A stretch of 51,046 bases of DNA, taken from the UHGV virus genome UHGV-1266211. The stretch is one strand, 5' to 3'. Made by a program: the position numbers and the translations under genes. The notes below the pieces were generated by a model. It ran no database searches. It had not been told where the DNA came from and saw nothing but the letters and a program-made list of their open reading frames with translations. This document shows, piece by piece, positions 45,901 through 51,046 of this stretch (positions are counted from its first letter, which is position 1; each line of letters begins with the position of its first letter). The stretch comes from a virus.

Positions 45901-46462
45901 AGAAACTCTTGCTGATTTCACCCAGGCTTCGGCAACAAAAATCAACACTCTGACTGTTAAATCAGGCGAAAACAGTGCAGCGATAAACGTCAACGCACAG
46001 GCTATAGCAGATGTAAACGGTAACCTCAGCGCGATGTATAACATCAAGGTGGGGGTGTCCAGTAACGGGCAGTATTACGCTGCCGGGATGGGTATTGGGG
46101 TTCAAAATACACCCTCCGGCATGCAGTCACAGGTAATCTTCCTGGCAGACCGTTTCGCCGTGACTACTATGGTCGGCGGGACTGTAACACTGCCGTTCGT
46201 TATCCAGAATGGCCAGGCCATTATCAGGGATACAGTCATTGGCGACGGGACCATAAGCAATGCAAAAATTGGCAATTACATCCAGTCGAACAATTATGTT
46301 GCCGGCTCTGTTGGCTGGAAACTGGATAAGTCCGGGACGTTTGAGAACTACGGTTCGACAGCTGGGGAGGGAGCCATGAAGCAGACCAACCAGACAATCA
46401 GCGTCAAGGATGGCAACAACGTTCTGAGAGTGCAGGTTGGCCGATTAACGGGGGTGTTCTGA
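42983..46462 (+). CDS. Host specificity protein J (central tail fiber / tip)
   Basis: 1159 aa, position after I, fibronectin-like middle region. Confidence 0.9.
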   Translation: MEAITGAKGGSQKQHTPVEQPDSAQSMARCRMLLALGEGEFAGGLDATRIFLDGTPLGNPDGTMNFENVSWDFRPGTQTQTPIPGFPAVENETTVGVSLTKATPWTRALSNTQIDAVLVRIGIPGLQQQENDGDIVGTTVQYHIDLAVDGGAYSTVMTKTVTEKLSSLYELTHRINLPKASTGWQIRVVRDTDDSTSQMLQNKTQVQAITEVIDARLRYPHTALLYVSFNAKSFNNIPKISCMPKGRIIRIPSNYDPIARTYSGTWDGTFKWGWTNNPAWIWFDVLTEPRFGLGRRVTPEMLDKWELYRIAQRCDQKVPDGKGGSGTEPRFMFDVYIQSQADAWQVIKDIAAGFNGMTFWGNNMFNVVSDMPADTTKLQILTRASVVGKPVYSSGSEKNRFSSALINFSDPDNHYQDRTTAVMFPELVRQFKFKQTQITAIGCTRESEAQRRGGWAVYSNSLDRIITLQTGLDGFVFVPGTVFAFADERLSGRVYGGRITGYNAGLKAVTIDRGTSAVAGDTLMIRTQGGTVESRVIQAVNGTQLILSTPFTAAPLPNAVFVIDAGQLRLQYFRVTNLKFDDEENTFTITGAEYNASKYDAVDNNARLDTPPISLIPTGLVNQPTNIVVSSYDAVRQGQRVATLTASWDAPIDKDGKLQSDVIAYRAQWKRGNNEWVNVPETGLRNIEVPGIFEGDYLVRVRAINSGGASSLWATSALTHLTGRTGEVPKPVGLTATEDVVFGINITWGFPADTADTLSTELQYSASVDGANPMLLASVPYPQKLYQQMGLKAGQEFWYRARLVDRIGNQSDWTDWVRGQASIDVSDITDAILEDMKGSDTFKDLIENAVDSNEKIAGMADEIKNHADELEQQAKDILENADGLAQAEVKIDEISVSMDGMTGGVKNSAIAIIQNGLAQVVSRRSQTATNAGNSASIDRVDTTIADTSQAVARALVTLDAEAGGNISNSTDLTETLADFTQASATKINTLTVKSGENSAAINVNAQAIADVNGNLSAMYNIKVGVSSNGQYYAAGMGIGVQNTPSGMQSQVIFLADRFAVTTMVGGTVTLPFVIQNGQAIIRDTVIGDGTISNAKIGNYIQSNNYVAGSVGWKLDKSGTFENYGSTAGEGAMKQTNQTISVKDGNNVLRVQVGRLTGVF

Positions 46463-46463
46463 T

Positions 46464-46766
46464 ATGGCTTATGGAATACAGACCTGGGATGCTTCGGGAA
46501 ACCCCAACAACTACGGAATCAAGCCCGTTTCCGTTGTTGGACGTATACAACTTGCCGCCGGACAAAACTCCGGCAGCTGGTCTTTCACTGTACCCTCAGG
46601 AATGAAGGTCGGTTTTGCGCTCTCACTTGATGAAGGAGGTAACAGCGTAGGGAGGAGCATTGTCGCGTCAGGGAACACAATAACCGTAACCGCAGCCTCT
46701 TCTGTGGGCCTGGGTAATTACCCGGCCTCTAAATGTGAGGTGGTCGTTTTCATGGAGAAAGCATAA
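46464..46766 (+). CDS. Hypothetical tail-associated protein
   Basis: 100 aa coupled to J; shares WDASG / SGSW motifs with the next gene. Confidence 0.5.
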   Translation: MAYGIQTWDASGNPNNYGIKPVSVVGRIQLAAGQNSGSWSFTVPSGMKVGFALSLDEGGNSVGRSIVASGNTITVTAASSVGLGNYPASKCEVVVFMEKA

Positions 46767-47440
46767 TGGCCGAATTTGGCGCGATGATATTAATGGATAA
46801 CGGGAATCCCTTTGTAACGCCACAATCAACGCCTTTCTGTCTTTACGGGAAGTATACCTTCAATTCATCCGCGAATGGCAGTTCTCAGCAGGTTGCTCAA
46901 AATATCGCTTTAAACGCTGATTACCCAGTGATGGTTTTTATCAAAACCACCAATACAGCACAGCCCACTCCGGTTATGTCTTACAGGAACGGCGGTAATG
47001 TGTATGTTGCTGGTGTTAATCCCTACAACCAAAGTTTCACTTTAACGGCGTACGTTTTTGCCATATTCCCGCAGATATTACCGAAATGGGGTTTGGCAAT
47101 ATGGGATGCGAGCGGAAAGCTTGTGTTAACTAATGAGTCCCGTGTGCTATCAGACCTGCAGACGGTTGGCACGCCTGGTGCAAACGGCGGGATAAATATT
47201 GACCAGACGCTGAGCGGGTCATGGGCCGTTGCACCTGCTCAGTTGGGTCAGACCATCATTGTGAATAATTCAACCCAGCCTCCGACTATCTACACGATAA
47301 ATGCTTATTCTTCATGCAGGTTTGACGGGGCCAATACGAGGATAAACGCAGGGGGGACCTCCACTGGGGCAGGTTCACCTGGAGGGGGAACGAATACTGG
47401 CATTTCATTAACCGCCATAAATACAGCGGCCTATGATTGA
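46766..47440 (+). CDS. Hypothetical tail-associated protein
   Basis: 224 aa; ATGA-type coupling. Confidence 0.5.
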   Translation: MAEFGAMILMDNGNPFVTPQSTPFCLYGKYTFNSSANGSSQQVAQNIALNADYPVMVFIKTTNTAQPTPVMSYRNGGNVYVAGVNPYNQSFTLTAYVFAIFPQILPKWGLAIWDASGKLVLTNESRVLSDLQTVGTPGANGGINIDQTLSGSWAVAPAQLGQTIIVNNSTQPPTIYTINAYSSCRFDGANTRINAGGTSTGAGSPGGGTNTGISLTAINTAAYD

Positions 47441-47551
47441 TTGATCGTTTTTAGCGATCAATAACATAATATTGATCTATCCAATCAATTATACCCACCA
47501 GAATTGTATTGGTATCGTCTAAGATACTGAATTCCTCTGGATACTATCAAA

Positions 47552-47785
47552 ATGAGAAAACTGATTATCTGCATGGCAGGCGCTGTCATGCTTACAGGAT
47601 GCGCTGGCGTAATTGAGAAACAGGAACCAGTTTGCAGCGGCACTGCAATCGTTGGCGGTCAGGAAACTACGGTTCAGATTTACGGTGTGCGTAAACAAAA
47701 CAACCAGACGCAGTACCGGGCTGGATATCCTTTCAGCTGGCGCTGGGTAAGTGCGAATACATTTACCGAAACAACCTGCAAATAA
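47552..47785 (+). CDS. Small lipoprotein (Cor/Llp-like candidate)
   Basis: 77 aa, signal peptide plus lipobox LTGC; between J-region genes and the tail fiber. Confidence 0.6.
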   Translation: MRKLIICMAGAVMLTGCAGVIEKQEPVCSGTAIVGGQETTVQIYGVRKQNNQTQYRAGYPFSWRWVSANTFTETTCK

Positions 47786-47806
47786 CCCACTACGCTTAAA
47801 CATAAA

Positions 47807-47829
47807 CCTCGCTCCGGCGGGGTTTTTTT
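47807..47829 (+). terminator. Rho-independent terminator
   Basis: cctcgc-tccg-gcgggg plus T7. Confidence 0.55.
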
Positions 47830-47845
47830 ATTGCCTGGAGAAAAT

Positions 47846-49432
47846 ATGCTTTATAACACCGGCACCATCGCCATTAATGGAAATACCGCCACCGGGACGG
47901 GTACAAACTGGACGGCACCGGCCAGCCAGGTCCGCGCTGGCCAGACGATCATCGTCATGTCTAACCCGGTGCAGATGTTCCAGATTTCATCTGTGAACAG
48001 CGCCACGTCAATGACGGTTACGCCTGCTGCTTCCCCGGCGCTGAGCGGCCAGAAGTATGGAATCCTGGTGTCCGATAACATCTCTGTCGACGGACTGGCG
48101 CAGGCGATGTCGCAGCTCATCAAAGAGTATGACGAGAACATTGGCGCGTGGGAGACATTCGCCACTACCTCAGCAAACCAGACCATCACCGTTACCATCA
48201 ACGGAACCTCCGTTAATATTCCAAGTATTGGCGCGCTTGCCAGAAAGGGGTCCAACAACGATATCACCGAGCTGAAAGGGCTCACAACTGCGCTTTCTGT
48301 TGCACAGGGCGGGACTGGGGCAAAGACCGAAGCTGACGCTCGCACAAACCTCGGTTTAGGAAGTAGCGCGACGAAGGACGTCGGAACGGCGGCCGGAACC
48401 GTGGCAGCCGGGGATGATTCGCGGTTGAATACTGTCGATAAAAAAACAGGGGGAAATGTTACCGGCAGTTTGATGGTAACTCAGGGAAATAGTATTGGAG
48501 TATCCACGCAGGAAGGTGGTGATAAGGCTGTTAAGCTATACAACATTACAGGGGATGGGACTGTCGGAAGTTATGTAAACGCTGTGGGAGGAGCTTGGTA
48601 TAATGGGAACTGGTCTCTTGGCGGCGTTCGGGGGAGTGGGACTAATTTAGACAGAGCGCAGTTAAATGTAAATAGCGGAACTGGTACGGCGGGTTCATTT
48701 TTATTTTACCCTGATGAGAGATTCAAATCATCTTCGTGTGGAGCAAATGGAGCTGGATATGGTGGCTCCTGGTCAGACATTAATACATGGCAAAGAAATA
48801 TATCTTTTTTTAGGGGTAATGTTGCAGTTAATAATGATGCTGGTTTCATTCCCTTTGCCCGCTGGCATAGTCAATGCAGTGGCGGATATTCTTCAACGGT
48901 AGGGCTTGGTTCTATAGCTACCGGGCCTAGTCCGTGGGCGGATGTGGCAATAACAACACTTGGGGATGGTGGCTCTGCCGGTCAGCGTATATTTCAATTC
49001 ACGACAGCAAACGGTGATATATATGCCAACGCTGGTGGGAATCTTTCCGGGAACTATATTTTCCAGAAGCAGCCTAACTGTGACATTACGCTGAAGCACG
49101 ATATTAAATATGATGATGGTTATCAGTCATACGAGAATATCAGGAAATTCCTGCCAGCAACTTACGTCTACAACGATGACCCTCGTGAGAGAGTTCGCCG
49201 AGGTGTAATCGCTCAGGACGTCATGAAGATTGATAGTGAGTACGTAAAGCTGGTCCCTGCTGCGCCAAAGTTTGATAGTGAAGGAAACAGGGTTGATGCT
49301 GATGATACGTTGGCACTGGATAACAACGTCATCATGCTTGATACCGTGCTGGCATTGAACTACGTCATTAAACAGCTGGAGACAACACAGAAAGAGCTCC
49401 AGGAGCTTAAGCTAAAAATAGCGGCATCATGA
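47846..49432 (+). CDS. Side tail fiber protein (C-terminal part inside the invertible segment; C-terminal intramolecular chaperone-like domain)
   Basis: GGAG RBS, ATG 47846; constant N-terminal part to ~48408; C-terminal ...NCDITLKHDIKYDDG... chaperone-like tail. Confidence 0.8.
   Translation: MLYNTGTIAINGNTATGTGTNWTAPASQVRAGQTIIVMSNPVQMFQISSVNSATSMTVTPAASPALSGQKYGILVSDNISVDGLAQAMSQLIKEYDENIGAWETFATTSANQTITVTINGTSVNIPSIGALARKGSNNDITELKGLTTALSVAQGGTGAKTEADARTNLGLGSSATKDVGTAAGTVAAGDDSRLNTVDKKTGGNVTGSLMVTQGNSIGVSTQEGGDKAVKLYNITGDGTVGSYVNAVGGAWYNGNWSLGGVRGSGTNLDRAQLNVNSGTGTAGSFLFYPDERFKSSSCGANGAGYGGSWSDINTWQRNISFFRGNVAVNNDAGFIPFARWHSQCSGGYSSTVGLGSIATGPSPWADVAITTLGDGGSAGQRIFQFTTANGDIYANAGGNLSGNYIFQKQPNCDITLKHDIKYDDGYQSYENIRKFLPATYVYNDDPRERVRRGVIAQDVMKIDSEYVKLVPAAPKFDSEGNRVDADDTLALDNNVIMLDTVLALNYVIKQLETTQKELQELKLKIAAS
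48378..48408. repeat. Left inverted repeat / inversion crossover site
   Basis: acgtcggaacggcggccggaaccgtggcagc, exact reverse complement of 50189-50219; encodes ...GTVAA in both fiber frames. Confidence 0.65.
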
Positions 49433-49448
49433 ATCCTGAGCATTCAAC

Positions 49449-49479
49449 TGCAGCCCGTTCCGGCAAATTACGGGCTGCA
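49449..49479. terminator. Palindromic hairpin between the two convergent fiber cassettes
   Basis: tgcagcccg-N13-cgggctgca, 9-bp perfect stem. Confidence 0.45.
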
Positions 49480-49485
49480 AATTAT

Positions 49486-50188
49486 TCAGCTTCCTTGTTC
49501 CAGTTTTTCCACCTTACTCGTCAAATTATCGACCCTAACCATTAGGGCCAGAATTGCCTCATGGTGCAAAGCTGCAGCAACCCCGTAAGTATCGACAGTT
49601 TTCACATCAGGAATAACTGTTCCGTCCTCCAGAGTAATATCATAGCCACCTTTAACAGCTTCGGGAAATACTTGCTCAACGTCCTGTGCAATAAAGCCGT
49701 AACCCGTAGTTTCATTGTCTATACGCTCCCAAAAGCAGCCTTTAATGGCTTTCATCTTTATGAGAGGATCGGATATGCGCGCGATGTCTTTTTTTATACG
49801 CGCATCTGAGAGCGATACCCATTGACCACCAGTGCCACGACCATCAGGGTAAAACATAAACGATGCGGCTGCCCCACCAGATTCCGCTATCACATTTAAC
49901 TGAACACGATCAAGTGGAGTCGAGCCGCTCCGTATTGCACCTAGCGCCCATGAACCGCTATACCACTTACCAACTATCTGGTTTACATAATTGCCCTGAG
50001 ATGAATCATTTGTCGTATTATTCATCTCAATGGAGTTATCACCGCCACTTCCCTTTCTGACCCCTAAACCACCGCCGGCATTTGTATGCCAGTCAGTTGC
50101 TCCGCCACCAACACCGTTGATCGTCACAGCAGATGAAATCGTCCCCCCCGTTTTACCGTTAACGCTTCCAAGCCGTGAATCGTCGCCA
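49486..50188 (-). other. Silent alternative tail-fiber C-terminal cassette (no own start; expressed only after inversion)
   Basis: Frame continuous with the right inverted repeat; shares ...GDDSRL..., ...W Y.G.W.LG..R.G.T.LDR.QLNV... with the active C-terminus; ends with ...SLSDARIKKDI... chaperone motif. Confidence 0.7.
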
Positions 50189-50219
50189 GCTGCCACGGTT
50201 CCGGCCGCCGTTCCGACGT
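50189..50219. repeat. Right inverted repeat / inversion crossover site
   Basis: Exact reverse complement of 48378-48408. Confidence 0.65.
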
Positions 50220-50314
50220 TCCTTGTGGCGCTGTCTCCTAAACCGACGTTTTATAGATTGCTCTCGAGCGGCCTGGCCGATAACTTCACCTGATTTTTTT
50301 GCAGAAATAACTGG

Positions 50315-50872
50315 GTGAAAAATATGCAAATTGGCTATGTCAGAGTGTCAACAAATGACCAAAATACAGATCTCCAGCGCCAAGCTCTCGAACGCGCAGG
50401 ATGTGAACAGGTTTTTGAAGAAAAAATGAGCGGGACGGTAGCGAACCGGCCAGCGCTCAAAAAGCTTCTGCGGACTCTGAATGCGGGCGATACACTGGTG
50501 GTGTGGAAGCTGGACAGGATAGGCCGCAACGTTCTGCATGCGCTGTTGATGTTCCAGCAGTTACAGGAAAAGGGTATCAACTTCCGCAGTATTACCGATG
50601 GCGTGGATCTCAAAACAGCCAGCGGCCGCTATAACTTTCGTAACATCCTTTCCGCAGCACAATATGAATCTGATCTTAATAGCGAACGTACCTTAGCAGG
50701 GCTGGCCGTAGCCAGGGCAAAATGGCGAGTTGGTGGTCGCAGGCCTAAGTTCACGGATGAGCAATGGCGGGAAATGGGGGAGCGGATGGCAACCGGTGAA
50801 TCACGACAAAGCGTATCAAAAACGTATGGAGTAGGGCTCTCAACTCTGTATAAAAAGTTTCCAGCTAGCTGA
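50315..50872 (+). CDS. pin: Serine recombinase, DNA invertase of the Hin/Gin/Cin/Pin family
   Basis: MQIGYVRVSTNDQNTDLQ...TLVVWKLDRIGRN... catalytic Ser, C-terminal HTH ...GLSTLYKKFPA; collinear with Pin/Hin. Confidence 0.9.
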   Translation: MKNMQIGYVRVSTNDQNTDLQRQALERAGCEQVFEEKMSGTVANRPALKKLLRTLNAGDTLVVWKLDRIGRNVLHALLMFQQLQEKGINFRSITDGVDLKTASGRYNFRNILSAAQYESDLNSERTLAGLAVARAKWRVGGRRPKFTDEQWREMGERMATGESRQSVSKTYGVGLSTLYKKFPAS

Positions 50873-50992
50873 TAACGGGAAAGAAACAGAGAAGGGCACA
50901 AATATTGTGTACTTTAATGTGCCCTTTAATTTATTGATTGGTGGTTGAATTGTCAGTAACTTTTTGATTTAAGTGAAAAATTCTAATAAATT

Positions 50993-51009
50993 AGAACACT
51001 TTCTTAAAT
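50993..51009. repeat. Putative attR core (17-bp direct repeat)
   Basis: Identical to 38-54. Confidence 0.4.
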
Positions 51010-51046
51010 GGTTTCACTGAAACGTGTTCATAGACTCCTGCCGCTA

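Larger units (their letters stand above)
48378..50219. mobile_element. Invertible tail-fiber segment (Gin/Pin/Min type)
   Basis: Bounded by perfect 31-bp inverted repeats; contains active and silent fiber C-terminal cassettes; invertase adjacent. Confidence 0.65.
38..51009. mobile_element. Complete lambdoid/Rac-like prophage bounded by 17-bp direct repeats
   Basis: Integrase at left end, invertase and tail fiber at right end, full early/replication/lysis/head/tail gene set between; identical 17-bp repeat agaacactttcttaaat at 38-54 and 50993-51009. Confidence 0.6.

Noticed and set aside
1-51046. CRISPR arrays, rRNA or tRNA genes
   Set aside because: No regularly spaced short direct repeats and no rRNA/tRNA-like segments seen anywhere in the window.

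Overview
The window is almost entirely one complete lambdoid / Rac-like siphovirus prophage (about 51 kb) from an enterobacterial host. It is bounded by a 17-bp direct repeat (38-54 and 50993-51009; putative attL/attR). Gene order left to right: P4-family integrase and AlpA-like excisionase; a leftward early operon with a RecE-like exonuclease and a RecT/Red-beta-family annealing protein; a lambda-style immunity region (cI-like repressor with S24 peptidase domain, 14-bp ATCGC-N4-GCGAT operators, Cro/YdaS-like and YdaT-like genes); O (with in-gene iterons) and P replication genes; a nin-like region (HNH, YbcO-like, RusA, Q); a pinholin / SAR-endolysin / Rz-Rz1 lysis cassette; terminase, portal, Mu-F-like head protein, P22-type coat protein; a lambda-like tail module (V, G/G-T frameshift, tape measure, M, L, K, I, J); and a side tail fiber whose C-terminal part lies in a Hin/Gin/Pin-type invertible segment. 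Several AT-rich moron islands carry candidate accessory systems. The most interesting are: (1) a translationally coupled Zn-ribbon + coiled-coil membrane protein operon directly downstream of cI, the position lambda uses for rexA-rexB; (2) an unknown 216-aa protein coupled to an HTH-XRE/ImmA-IrrE metallopeptidase fusion between its own promoter and terminator; (3) a Doc/Fic toxin module and two lipoprotein genes inside the tail cluster; (4) a DUF2829 (Tad2-like) protein in the head module. All family assignments rest on motifs read from the translations and on gene order; no database search was possible.
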